A stretch of 62,889 nt of DNA from Arcobacter sp. Lineage in GTDB: Bacteria; Campylobacterota; Campylobacteria; Campylobacterales; Arcobacteraceae. The stretch lies in NCBI GenBank assembly GCA_965662175.1, contig CBFIGT010000001.1, positions 1-62,889 of the forward strand, in the 5' to 3' direction. Numbering within the stretch: position 1 is the stretch's first letter; each line of letters begins with the position of its first letter. A program made the translations under genes and the position numbers. Positions 19,925-29,764 of the stretch are shown here, piece by piece. Below the pieces are notes generated by a model, which was not told the DNA's origin, ran no database searches, and saw only the letters and a list, made by a program, of their open reading frames with translations.

Positions 19925-21430
19925 CTAATTCTCCTCAATTTCCCAATCTTTTTGATTATGCATAATGCCTATAAAAGATGGGTTTATATTTTTTATTTTT
20001 TTACTTACAACACTTATAGAGTTAGGAATATATAAAAATAAGTATGGTGTATCATCTGCAATTATTTTAAATAGTTTTTTATAAATTTTTCCTAATTCCT
20101 CTCTATTTACAGTACTTGTTCCTTTTTCAATTAATTCATCAACCTCTTTATTACTATATCCAACTAGGTTAAAAGCACCTGTTTTTCTTGAGTCACTATG
20201 CCATAAAGGATAAGCATCAGGCATAAGAGATAAACTCCAACCAAGAACAACAGCTTCAAAATTTCTTGGATGAACAACTGTATTTAAAAAGGCTTGCCAC
20301 TCCATTACTCTAATTTTCATCTTAACACCAATTTTTGCTAATTGATATTGAATAATTTGGGTAGCATTTATTCTAGTTTCATTACCTGTATTTGTAATAA
20401 CTTCAAACTCAAATGGATTTTTTTCATTATAACCCGCTTTTTCTAGAAGCTCTTTTGCTTTTGATAAGTCTTGTTTTATCTCTTTAATTTCACTATTAAA
20501 AGCGAAACTTCCAGGTAAAAAAGGTCCATTACAAACTTTTCCATGACCAAAGAAAAGTATATCTACTATCTCTTTTCTATTTATGGCCATTGATAAGGCT
20601 TTTCTTACATTTATATCTTGAAATTTTTTATTGTTTAAATTAAAGCCTAAATAGCTATATGCAAAACTAGGTTTTTCAATAATTTGATAATTTTTCAAAA
20701 ACTCATCATCAATTTGTCTATCTATTTGAAGAGGAGTTAATCCTCCAACATCAATTTTTCCTTGTTTTAAAAATAAAAATGCAGTACTAGGATCAGGTAA
20801 GAATTTATAATGAATTTCATCAATCTTTGGACGACCATCATAAAAATTATCATTAGCAAATAGTTTAATATCGCTTCCCACTTTAAAGCTATCTAATTTA
20901 TAAGAGCCTGTTCCAATTGGGTTTTTATTAAAAGAGCTTGTCATTAAATTATCTTCATTTTCAAGAATATGTTTTGGTAAAATTCCTACCATCCAAATTT
21001 CCAAGGCTTTAAAGTAGGGCTTTTTGTATATTACTTCAAGTGTATAATCATCAATTTTCTTTAACTCTTCTACCTCTTTAAAGTTAGATTTAATTGATGT
21101 AAAAACTTTTGGGTCATGTATCATTTTATATGTAAATAGAACATCATCAGCATTAAACTTTTTTCCATCATGCCATAAAACATTTTTTCGTAACTTTATA
21201 AGTAAGTTAGTATCTGTTTTAAACTCAAAAGATGATGCCAAATCACCTACTATATTTCCATCTTTATCATATTTAAACATACCATTAAAGAGCCAATCAG
21301 ATATCTCGCTACTTGCGCTGTCATTTGCTAATATTGGATTTAGTCTACTTGGACTTGAGGAGATAGAGAGGTTTAATGTACTTGAAAATAAGTTAATAAA
21401 AACTATTGAGAGTATAAGTATTTTTTTCAT
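19925..21430 (-). CDS. Peptide ABC transporter substrate-binding protein (family 5); start corrected to 21430
   Basis: Signal peptide MKKILILSIV; LRKNVLWHDGKKFNADDV, PIGTGSY motifs; the upstream extension in the ORF track overlaps rpsI and its terminator. Confidence 0.88.
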   Translation of the reverse strand: MKKILILSIVFINLFSSTLNLSISSSPSRLNPILANDSASSEISDWLFNGMFKYDKDGNIVGDLASSFEFKTDTNLLIKLRKNVLWHDGKKFNADDVLFTYKMIHDPKVFTSIKSNFKEVEELKKIDDYTLEVIYKKPYFKALEIWMVGILPKHILENEDNLMTSSFNKNPIGTGSYKLDSFKVGSDIKLFANDNFYDGRPKIDEIHYKFLPDPSTAFLFLKQGKIDVGGLTPLQIDRQIDDEFLKNYQIIEKPSFAYSYLGFNLNNKKFQDINVRKALSMAINRKEIVDILFFGHGKVCNGPFLPGSFAFNSEIKEIKQDLSKAKELLEKAGYNEKNPFEFEVITNTGNETRINATQIIQYQLAKIGVKMKIRVMEWQAFLNTVVHPRNFEAVVLGWSLSLMPDAYPLWHSDSRKTGAFNLVGYSNKEVDELIEKGTSTVNREELGKIYKKLFKIIADDTPYLFLYIPNSISVVSKKIKNINPSFIGIMHNQKDWEIEEN

Positions 21431-21455
21431 ATGAGATTTTATCAAAAAATGCATA

Positions 21456-21484
21456 AAAAAAGGAGCCACTTTCGTAGCTCCTTT
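21456..21484 (-). terminator. rplM-rpsI intrinsic terminator
   Basis: Minus strand AAAGGAGCTAC-GAAA-GTGGCTCC followed by a T tract. Confidence 0.85.
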
Positions 21485-21566
21485 GAAATAGTAAAAGTAA
21501 AACTTTTGAAAATACCAATTATCTTTTTCGAGGAAACGTTTAAAGTTTCTAACGAAAATATTACTA

Positions 21567-21956
21567 TTAACGTTTTGAGAATTGAGTAGATTTTCTTGCT
21601 TTTTTCTTTCCGTATTTTTTTCTTTCAACAGATCTAGCATCTCTTGTTAATAAACCATAAGGTTTTAAGATTGCTCTAAATTGCTCATCAAAAGCAACTA
21701 AAGCTCTAGAAATACCATGTCTAGCTGCATCAGCTTGAGCTGAATAACCACCACCTAAAGTGTTGATTACTAAGTTTACAGAAGTCTCTTGTTTAGCTAC
21801 TTCAAGTGGTTGCATAACTCTTTTTTTGATAGACTCGTGTCCACCTAACCATGCGTCTAAAGATTGACCGTTAATTATAAGTTGTCCGTTACCAGCTTCT
21901 AACCATACTTTTGCGATAGAAGTTTTTCTTCTTCCAGTTGCGTATACTTTTGCCAT
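21567..21956 (-). CDS. rpsI: 30S ribosomal protein S9
   Basis: [16 protein letters not shown]-terminal ERKKYG...QFSKR. Confidence 0.98.
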   Translation of the reverse strand: MAKVYATGRRKTSIAKVWLEAGNGQLIINGQSLDAWLGGHESIKKRVMQPLEVAKQETSVNLVINTLGGGYSAQADAARHGISRALVAFDEQFRAILKPYGLLTRDARSVERKKYGKKKARKSTQFSKR

Positions 21957-21961
21957 TAGTC

Positions 21962-22381
21962 TTATCCTTTAATTTGCGCAGTGTGAGGGTGCTCGCTACC
22001 TGCATATACTTTTAATTTTTTTAACATTTCTTTACCAAGTTTAGTTTTTGGTAACATACCTCTTGCAGCTAATTTGTATAACTTTTCAGGGTTCTTTTCA
22101 AACATCTCAGACATTTTGTGAGTCTTAGTACTACCAAAGTATCCAGAGTGAGTATAATAATTTTTAGTTTCTAGTTTATTCCCAGAAAATTTTGCTTTAG
22201 TAGCATTGATAATAATTACGTTATCTCCACAGTCTACATGAGGAGTATAATTAGTTTTATTCTTACCTCTTAAGATTGTAGCAACTTCAGTAATAATTCT
22301 ACCGAAAACTTTGTCAGTAGCGTCGATTACAATCCAATCTCTATTGATTTCATTGGCTTTTGCCATTTGAGTAAATTTCAT
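21962..22381 (-). CDS. rplM: 50S ribosomal protein L13
   Basis: [30 protein letters not shown]. Confidence 0.98.
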   Translation of the reverse strand: MKFTQMAKANEINRDWIVIDATDKVFGRIITEVATILRGKNKTNYTPHVDCGDNVIIINATKAKFSGNKLETKNYYTHSGYFGSTKTHKMSEMFEKNPEKLYKLAARGMLPKTKLGKEMLKKLKVYAGSEHPHTAQIKG

Positions 22382-22457
22382 CTATTTTCTCCGATTTAAT
22401 TAATGAGGTGAAATAATAGTGAATAAAAGCTTTGAAATAACTTAAATTAAGTAGTAT

Positions 22458-23834
22458 TTAATATTTAATTGTAAATTCAGAACCAATGCCGTATTTTGAG
22501 TTGATTTCTAGTGTAAAATTATGCAAATGTATAATTTTGTGGACTATATAAAGACCTAAACCTAATGAGTTATTCCAGCCATTATGTGAAACCCTATAAA
22601 ATTTTTTGGTAATTTTTAAAAGTTCAGCCTCTGATATACCAATACCTTTATCAATAACATGCAAACTATTTTGTTCAATTCTTACTATTACTAGCTCTTC
22701 TGAGTATTTTAGTGCATTTTCAATTAAATTTGAAATAACCATATTTAATAAAGTTTCATCTGCTTTTATTACTGTTTCTAAACCCTCTATTACAACTTGT
22801 CTGTTATGATATTTATCATTTAAATCGTTGATTATAGTTTTACATAGATTATTTAGATTTACATCTTTTAGTTCTAGTTTCTCTTTTTCTTCTTCAAGTT
22901 TTAATGCAACTCTTAATTTATCAATAATTAGTGTCATTTTGTTTGCATTTGAATTGATTTTTTCTAAAAATTTATCTCTCATAGATTTAGGTAAATCTTT
23001 ATCATTTTGTAGTGTTTGTACATATCCTGTAATTATTGCTATTGGGTTTTTAAACTCATGGGAAATAGCACTAATAATCTCATCTTTTTGTTTATTTGCT
23101 AATTTTAATTTCGCTGTGTGCTTAGCTTTTAACTTCTCTTTTTTTGAAAGTTTTAATGCAACCTTGTTTAAAAGTCTATTTATTGAGTGAAACTCTTGGG
23201 TATAAAACGAAGAGATAGTAGTTGGCTCTTTTTTCTTTGTTAAATTAATCAAAAAAGATAAGATACTATTTGTCTCTTTTTGTATTTTTTTAGATATTAA
23301 ATAAGAAACAATAAATGCTAAAAATAGAAAAATAGAAAAAATAGCAATTATTTGTAAAGTTAGTTTTAAAAAGTTGTTATTAATAATATCAATATCTTGT
23401 GAAATACGTAAATAATAATCAATTTTATCTATTGTAACTTCTTTTGCTACGTATAAAAGGTCTTTATTTATAGTATCTGAGTGTCTAATTACTCTACCAT
23501 AAGAGTTATATTTAGCTTTTATTATCTCTTCTCTATTAAGATGATTTTCCATTGTCTCTTTATCTTCATGGGTTTCGGCTAAAACTTTTCCTGATAAATC
23601 AATTAGTGTAATTCTAAGGTTTGTAGATTTTTTGATTTTTGTTAATTTTTCATCTATCTTTTCAAGATTTTGTAAAGAGATTGAAAGGGTGTCTATATTA
23701 GATAAAATATTTTTTTCTATTTGGGCAAGATAAATTGATTTTGACCAAAAATATACAACTATAGAGGTTATTACTAAAATAGTAAAAAATATAATTGTAA
23801 AACTTCGAAGAAAAAGCTGGTGAATTTTTAGCAA
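22458..23834 (-). CDS. Sensor histidine kinase, PhoR-like
   Basis: Two TMs, ENHLNREEI periplasmic motif, H-box SHEFKNP, NLIENALKY, DKGIGI, GLGLYIV; downstream of pst-phoU. Confidence 0.88.
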   Translation of the reverse strand: MLKIHQLFLRSFTIIFFTILVITSIVVYFWSKSIYLAQIEKNILSNIDTLSISLQNLEKIDEKLTKIKKSTNLRITLIDLSGKVLAETHEDKETMENHLNREEIIKAKYNSYGRVIRHSDTINKDLLYVAKEVTIDKIDYYLRISQDIDIINNNFLKLTLQIIAIFSIFLFLAFIVSYLISKKIQKETNSILSFLINLTKKKEPTTISSFYTQEFHSINRLLNKVALKLSKKEKLKAKHTAKLKLANKQKDEIISAISHEFKNPIAIITGYVQTLQNDKDLPKSMRDKFLEKINSNANKMTLIIDKLRVALKLEEEKEKLELKDVNLNNLCKTIINDLNDKYHNRQVVIEGLETVIKADETLLNMVISNLIENALKYSEELVIVRIEQNSLHVIDKGIGISEAELLKITKKFYRVSHNGWNNSLGLGLYIVHKIIHLHNFTLEINSKYGIGSEFTIKY

Positions 23835-24502
23835 AACATATACCCCTCACCACGAATTGATTTTATATACTCTTTTTTTCCATCTGGGTCAATTTTTGTT
23901 TTTAATCTTTTAACAGCCACATTTACAGTTTTTAGTTTTTTGTCTAAAGAGTCTTTCCATACACTATTTAAAAGATACTCTCTTGTTAATAAAATATCTT
24001 TATTTTTAATAAACTCTAAAAGTAAATCTCTCTCTAAATTTGTAAGTTCAATCTTTTCATCATCTATATAAAAGCTTTTATTTGTTTTTTTATAAGTAAT
24101 ATCTTTTATTTTTAGAATTTCTACATCTTTTTTCATACGTTTTATAACAGCTTTAACTCTGGCAACTAACTCTTTTAAGTTAAAAGGTTTTGTAATATAA
24201 TCATCAGCATATTTATCAAAGCCATCAAGAATATCTTCATCTTTATCTTTTGCACTTACATAAATAACAGGAATATCATAACCTTTTGATTTAATATCAC
24301 TTATAAAATGACTACCCTCAATTCCAGGTAAGTTTCTATCCATAAGAATTAAGTCAATACTCTCTTCATCAAGCAACTAATATAACTTTTGAGAAATATT
24401 TAAAAATCCAATTGTCTCAAAATTCTCTTTTTGTAGGGTATATTCAAGAAGTTCTAAAATATCTATTTCATCTTCTACAATTAGTATGGTGCTATTTTTC
24501 AA
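23828..24502 (-). pseudogene. OmpR/PhoB-family response regulator interrupted by in-frame TAG at codon 42
   Basis: TTG at 24502 with AAGGA RBS reads MKNSTILIVEDEIDILELLEYTLQ...LY*LLDEESIDLILMD; TAG at 24379-24377; winged-helix C-terminus IRGEGY. Confidence 0.85.
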
Positions 24503-24638
24503 GTTTATCCTTATTTATTAAAGCAGTGTAAGAGTTTCTAAAGAAAATTTTATCGAAAATATTCTAAATACAAATAAGATAAAGATTATAAATAATAGAA
24601 TATTATTGCAATCTTTATCTTTATTTTAAACTAAAAGA

Positions 24639-25304
24639 TTATTGTTCAAGTTCTCCACCAACTTCTGCAAAAAGAAGTAAGTTTGCAATTGAAACAGCTC
24701 TATCTGATGTTTTAGCTAGTTTTCTTAATGATGTTAAAATATCAAAATACTCTTTTGATAGTTCAAGGTTTTTAGCAATTAGTTTTAAGATATTTTTTTC
24801 AACCATTGCATATAAGTCATCTGTTTTACTCTCTTCAACAATTACTCTTTGATATTTCTCTTCAACATGAACTTTTGAATCTTCTTTAACTATTTGCATT
24901 GCTGTTTGTAAAGATAAAACAGCTGATTTTAGTAAAGGAATAGCAAACTCTAAAATAGTTTTAGTATTTAAATCTTCTGAAAAAGAGTTTCTAAATACCT
25001 TTGCAAACTCTTTTGTATTACTTCCAGCTCTAACTAATTCATTTGTAATTTTTAAATAAGAGACTAACTCTCTTAAATCTTTTGCTTCAGGTGAATAAAG
25101 TGCTAGTGCTGTAACAATAGAGTTATCTATATCATTTGATTTTTTTGCTAATTTCTTTAATGAAAATGCAGCATCTTTTAAATCACTAATATTATCACTT
25201 TTTAAAGCTTTTAGCGATATCTCTAGTGATTCAATTACTGTATTTCCAATAGATAATAAATCATCTTGGATTTGCGTTCTTTTATTTTCATATACTTTTA
25301 ACAT
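24639..25304 (-). CDS. phoU: Phosphate signalling protein PhoU
   Basis: PEAKDLR, ELVRAG, EESKTDDLY repeats; overlaps pstB stop. Confidence 0.88.
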   Translation of the reverse strand: MLKVYENKRTQIQDDLLSIGNTVIESLEISLKALKSDNISDLKDAAFSLKKLAKKSNDIDNSIVTALALYSPEAKDLRELVSYLKITNELVRAGSNTKEFAKVFRNSFSEDLNTKTILEFAIPLLKSAVLSLQTAMQIVKEDSKVHVEEKYQRVIVEESKTDDLYAMVEKNILKLIAKNLELSKEYFDILTSLRKLAKTSDRAVSIANLLLFAEVGGELEQ

Positions 25305-26083
25305 TAACCGAATCTCCCCGTAATATAATCTTCTGTTTTTTTATTGTTTGGATTTACAAATATTGTTTCTGTTTCATCATACTCTATTAGTTTTCCTAAG
25401 TGAAAAAATGCCGTATAATCAGCAACTCTTGCTGCTTGTTGCATATTATGTGTAACTGTAATAATTGTATAATCTTTTTTAAGCTCTAACATAAGTGCTT
25501 CAATTTTCTCAGTTGAAATTGGGTCAAGTGCAGATGTTGGTTCATCCATTAAAATAACCTCAGGTTTAACAGCAATTGTTCTTGCAATACATAATCTTTG
25601 TTGTTGACCACCTGATAGTGAAGTCCCTGGTGTATTTAACTTATCTTTAACCTCTTCCCATAATCCAGCTTTTACTAAAGATGTTTTAACTAACTCATCA
25701 CACTCTTTACCTTTTTTTACTAAGCTATGTTTTAAAGGTGCATAGGCAACATTATCATAAATAGATTTTGGAAAAGGATTTGGTTGTTGAAAAACCATTC
25801 CTATTTTTTTTCTAACACTAACTTCATCAACATCTTTATCATAAATATTTTTATCTTCAATTACAATTTCACCATCAATTTTAACTGAACTTATTAAATC
25901 ATTCATTCTATTAATACATCTTAAAAATGTAGATTTTCCACAACCTGATGGCCCAATTAGTGCTGTAATTTTATTTTCATATAAATCTACACTTATATTG
26001 TGCAAGGCATGATTATCTCCATACCATAAGTTAAGTTCATCAACTTTTACTTTAATTTTATTTTCTACTTTGTTTTTTCCCAT
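25304..26083 (-). CDS. pstB: Phosphate ABC transporter ATPase
   Basis: [34 protein letters not shown]. Confidence 0.97.
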   Translation of the reverse strand: MGKNKVENKIKVKVDELNLWYGDNHALHNISVDLYENKITALIGPSGCGKSTFLRCINRMNDLISSVKIDGEIVIEDKNIYDKDVDEVSVRKKIGMVFQQPNPFPKSIYDNVAYAPLKHSLVKKGKECDELVKTSLVKAGLWEEVKDKLNTPGTSLSGGQQQRLCIARTIAVKPEVILMDEPTSALDPISTEKIEALMLELKKDYTIITVTHNMQQAARVADYTAFFHLGKLIEYDETETIFVNPNNKKTEDYITGRFG

Positions 26084-26096
26084 CTATTTTTCCTTG

Positions 26097-27287
26097 TTAC
26101 CATTTAACTTCGAGTTTTTTTCTTAAATAAATTGCTAATCCATTTAGTGATATTAGTACTGTAAGAAGTACCATAATACCAGCTGCTGTTTTTTCTATAT
26201 ACATTCTTTCAGGCATTCCAGCCCATGTGAAAAGTTGTGCTGGCATAACTGTAGCTGCATCTGTAAACATTGTTGGTGCATCTGGAATAAATGCAATCAT
26301 ACCAATGATAATTAATGGAGCTGTTTCTCCCATAGCTTGAGCAAGTCCAATAATAGAACCTGTTAAAACACCTGGAAAAGCAAGTGGTAAAACATGATCT
26401 TTTGTTACCTCAATTTTTGTTAAACCTAAACCATATCCAGCTTGTCTAATACTATCAGGAACAGCTCTTAAAGCAGCTCTTGAACTAACTATTATAATAG
26501 GTAAAGTCATAAGCGCTAATGTTAAACCACCCACAACAGGAGAGGACCTTGGTAATCCAAATAGATTAATAAATATTGATAAACCTAAAAGTCCAAATAA
26601 AATAGATGGAATAGCAGCTAGGTTATTTATATTTACCTCCACAAATCTAGTAAATTTATTATCACTTGCAAACTCTTCTAAATAAATTGCTGTCATTACA
26701 CCAATAGGGAAAGCCACAAGCATAGTTACAATTAGTGTTAAAATTGAACCAATAATTGCTGAGTTTAAACCAGCATATTCAGGAATTTTTGAATCTCCAT
26801 TTAAAAAGAAAATAGAGTTGAATTTCATCTCAATATTGCCAGCGGCAATAAGTTCATCAACCAAAACTCTATCTTTTCTTTTTAGTTTATAATGGTGATT
26901 TTTCATATATTGGTCAACATTATCATCCGCTAAAACCCACTCTTCTTTAACTGTATTCATTAATTCAGGATTTGCTCTTACTTGATTTGGAATATCTCTA
27001 ATCCAAGCTCTTGAAACTATATTTTTATATTTTCTATCAATTGCATATCTTGAATCTTTTATTGTTTCTTCATTATATGTAACAGTTGTTTTAATATAAG
27101 CTATCTTAAATGCAGGAAGACCTTTTCCTATAATATCGAATAAAAAGAAAGCCAAAAATGCAATAGAGAAAATCAATGAACTTAAGGTAAATCTTTTAAA
27201 TCTATTTGCACTTGCGTGTCTTTTTTTTAATTTTGGGTCATAAAAAGGGTTTTTTGTTTTTTGTTTTTTGTTTTTTCTTAAAATCAT
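26097..27287 (-). CDS. pstA: Phosphate ABC transporter permease
   Basis: NINNLAAIPSILFGL, AQAMGETAPL. Confidence 0.95.
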   Translation of the reverse strand: MILRKNKKQKTKNPFYDPKLKKRHASANRFKRFTLSSLIFSIAFLAFFLFDIIGKGLPAFKIAYIKTTVTYNEETIKDSRYAIDRKYKNIVSRAWIRDIPNQVRANPELMNTVKEEWVLADDNVDQYMKNHHYKLKRKDRVLVDELIAAGNIEMKFNSIFFLNGDSKIPEYAGLNSAIIGSILTLIVTMLVAFPIGVMTAIYLEEFASDNKFTRFVEVNINNLAAIPSILFGLLGLSIFINLFGLPRSSPVVGGLTLALMTLPIIIVSSRAALRAVPDSIRQAGYGLGLTKIEVTKDHVLPLAFPGVLTGSIIGLAQAMGETAPLIIIGMIAFIPDAPTMFTDAATVMPAQLFTWAGMPERMYIEKTAAGIMVLLTVLISLNGLAIYLRKKLEVKW

Positions 27288-28213
27288 AATGTGTTCACTT
27301 TATATTTTTCTTTAAATGTTCTTATTAGTTTCAATGAAATCATATTAAGAATCAATGTAATAACAAATAATACAAGTCCTAATGCAAATGCTGAAAGAGT
27401 TTCAGGTGAATTAAATTCAAAATCTCCAACAAGTGAATTTACAATTGTAACTGTTACTGTAGTCATATCTTCAAGAGGATTTATTGATAAATTAGGTCTT
27501 AATCCAGCTGCCATAACAACAATCATTGTTTCACCTAATGCTTTAGATAATCCAAGTAATCCTGCTGAAATAATACCAGGCATTGCAGAGGGTAAAACTA
27601 TATTTTTGATAACTTCACCATGTGTCATACCTAATCCATATGCAGCTTTTCTTTGAGAATCAGGAACTGACCTAATTACATCATCTGAAAGTGATGAAAT
27701 AACAGGAATAATCATAATTCCCATTACAACACCTGAAGCTAGTGCTGAATTAAATGTAGCTTCTAATCCAACAGCATCAGCTGCATTTACTATTAGTGGA
27801 GCTACTGTAATAGCTGCAAAAAACCCATAAACAACAGTTGGAATTCCTGCTAAAATCTCTAATAAAGGTTTTAAATAATCTCTTAATCTGTCACTTGCAT
27901 ATTCACTCATGTAAATTGCACTTCCTAATCCAACTGGAATAGCAACTGCAAGGGCTATAAATGTAATAACAAATGTTCCTGAAAATATTGGTAAAGCACC
28001 AAATTTACTACCAATAATACCAGGACTCCATTCAGTTCCTGTTAGGAAATACCAAAAACTTCTTAGTTTGAAAAACTCTATTGCTTCAAAAAGAATTGAA
28101 AAAAGAATTCCAAAAGTCGTTAAAATTGAAATAACTGCTGCAGTGATAAGTGTTGCTTTTATTACTTTTTCAATTAATTCATTTTTTTTATTTTTAGATT
28201 CAAACGTACTCAA
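27284..28213 (-). CDS. pstC: Phosphate ABC transporter permease
   Basis: EILAGIPTVVYGFF, KALGETMIV. Confidence 0.95.
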   Translation of the reverse strand: MSTFESKNKKNELIEKVIKATLITAAVISILTTFGILFSILFEAIEFFKLRSFWYFLTGTEWSPGIIGSKFGALPIFSGTFVITFIALAVAIPVGLGSAIYMSEYASDRLRDYLKPLLEILAGIPTVVYGFFAAITVAPLIVNAADAVGLEATFNSALASGVVMGIMIIPVISSLSDDVIRSVPDSQRKAAYGLGMTHGEVIKNIVLPSAMPGIISAGLLGLSKALGETMIVVMAAGLRPNLSINPLEDMTTVTVTIVNSLVGDFEFNSPETLSAFALGLVLFVITLILNMISLKLIRTFKEKYKVNTL

Positions 28214-28239
28214 TAAACTGCCTTTTTATAAAATACAGA

Positions 28240-28271
28240 ATTCTACTTAAATTAGATTACCAAATGATTAC
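28240..28271 (-). promoter_or_regulatory. Pho-box-like direct repeat plus -10 of pstC
   Basis: Minus strand GTAATC-N5-GTAATC-N9-TAGAAT. Confidence 0.7.
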
Positions 28272-28382
28272 ATTTCATGTTTTTTAGTTTAAAGATAATA
28301 GTTTGTTATTAGAAGTTTAGTCAGTAAAGGGGGAGGTTTTTATCTCTTTGTTCGCGTAAAACAGATAAAAACCTATGAATAG

Positions 28383-28414
28383 AATTAAAAAAGAGGAGTA
28401 CCTCTTTTTTAATT
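28383..28414 (-). terminator. pstS terminator
   Basis: AATTAAAAAAGAGG-AGTA-CCTCTTTTTTAATT inverted repeat. Confidence 0.8.
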
Positions 28415-28422
28415 AAGTTTAA

Positions 28423-29478
28423 TTAGTGACCTTTTTTTAAGTCATCCATTGTTAAAGTTGTTCTTTTTGCAACGCTTTCTCTAATAGCTGCTCTTGTAGC
28501 ATCAGGTAATGGAATAAGTCCAATTTCACCTAAAATTCCATCTTTACCAATCATTTTTTCACTCATAAATAAATCAACATATTTGTCCATTGCAGGTACT
28601 TCTTTTGAGTGAGAGTTTTTGATATAGAAAAATAGTGATCTTGAAACTGGGTATTTAGCAGATGAAATTGTTTCAGGAGTTGGTTTTACACCATTAATTG
28701 TAGCACCTTGAATAACATCATCATTTTCAATTAAGAAAGAGAAACCAAATACACCAAATGCATCAGTATTTTTTGTAAGTTTTTGTACAATTAAGTTATC
28801 ATTTTCTCCAGCTTCAACATAAACACCGTCAGTTCTAATTTGTGAATATTTTTTATATTTTTTATTTGCTTTTTTGTCAGCTTTATATAAATCAGTATAA
28901 ACTGGCATTTTTTTGAATACAGCTTGCATTACTAACTCTTCAAATGCATCTCTAGTACCTGAAGATTTTGGAGGTCCATAAACTATAATCTCTCTATTTG
29001 GTAAAGAAGCATCAATATCTGACCATTTTTTATATGGGTTAGCAATTAAAGATTTACCATCTTTTGATGGAACTTCTTTAGCAACTGCTAATGCTAAGTT
29101 CTCTTTTGAAATATCAAATGCAGCGTTTGATTTAGCTTGTGCAAATGCAATACCATCAAATCCGATAACTGATTCAGTAATATCAGTAACACCATTTTCT
29201 TGACATAAAGTAAACTCTTTAGTTTTCATTCTTCTTGAAGCATTTGTAATATCAGGAGTATCTAAACCATTTCCAGCACAAAATAGTTTCATACCACCAC
29301 CTGAACCAGTTGACTCTACAACAGGAGTTGGAAGTTTTGTTGTAGCTCCTAATTCTTCAGCAACAGATGAAGAGAATGGGTAAACAGTAGATGAACCAAC
29401 AATTTTAACTTGGTCTCTAGCACTTAATGTAACAGTTAAAGCAGCAGATGCTAATAAAGCGATTGCAGTTTTTTTCAT
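28423..29478 (-). CDS. pstS: Phosphate ABC transporter substrate-binding protein
   Basis: Signal peptide; GSSTVYPF, ESTGSGGG, SSGTRDAF. Confidence 0.95.
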   Translation of the reverse strand: MKKTAIALLASAALTVTLSARDQVKIVGSSTVYPFSSSVAEELGATTKLPTPVVESTGSGGGMKLFCAGNGLDTPDITNASRRMKTKEFTLCQENGVTDITESVIGFDGIAFAQAKSNAAFDISKENLALAVAKEVPSKDGKSLIANPYKKWSDIDASLPNREIIVYGPPKSSGTRDAFEELVMQAVFKKMPVYTDLYKADKKANKKYKKYSQIRTDGVYVEAGENDNLIVQKLTKNTDAFGVFGFSFLIENDDVIQGATINGVKPTPETISSAKYPVSRSLFFYIKNSHSKEVPAMDKYVDLFMSEKMIGKDGILGEIGLIPLPDATRAAIRESVAKRTTLTMDDLKKGH

Positions 29479-29512
29479 TTTAATTTCTCCGATAGATTTT
29501 TTTGACGGGGAA

Positions 29513-29544
29513 ATTGTAATATTTCTTGATTACATTACGGTTAC
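29513..29544 (-). promoter_or_regulatory. Pho-box-like direct repeat plus -10 of pstS
   Basis: Minus strand GTAACC-N5-GTAATC-N9-TACAAT, same geometry as at pstC. Confidence 0.7.
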
Positions 29545-29562
29545 TATTGAATTAAGATTTAT

Positions 29563-29748
29563 TTAGTCTATTTTTGAGAATTTTTCTTCAAACTCTTTTA
29601 TTGTTCTAACAAAAAGTTCATTGCTGTTATTTGGTCTATATATTATCGCTTTTACCCAAATATCATTCTCTTGTATTTTGCAGAAGTTTAAAGGTATATA
29701 TATCTCTTTATTTTTGTAGTGTTGATAAGGAGTATTTATTTCTATCAT
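29563..29748 (-). CDS. Small DUF1653-like protein; start corrected to 29748
   Basis: YQHYK...IY...LFVR..EF..KF pattern; the longer ORF overlaps prfA. Confidence 0.6.
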   Translation of the reverse strand: MIEINTPYQHYKNKEIYIPLNFCKIQENDIWVKAIIYRPNNSNELFVRTIKEFEEKFSKID

Positions 29749-29764
29749 AAAAAAAACTAGTGGA

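Noticed and set aside
21431-21640. 70 aa N-terminal extension of the peptide-binding protein in the ORF track
   Set aside because: Overlaps rpsI and its terminator; the signal peptide begins at Met 21430
24377-24379. Pyrrolysine or stop-codon reassignment at the TAG
   Set aside because: TAG ends several genes in the window (metH, sfsA, hemerythrin), RF1 is intact, the position is not catalytic and no pyl genes are present
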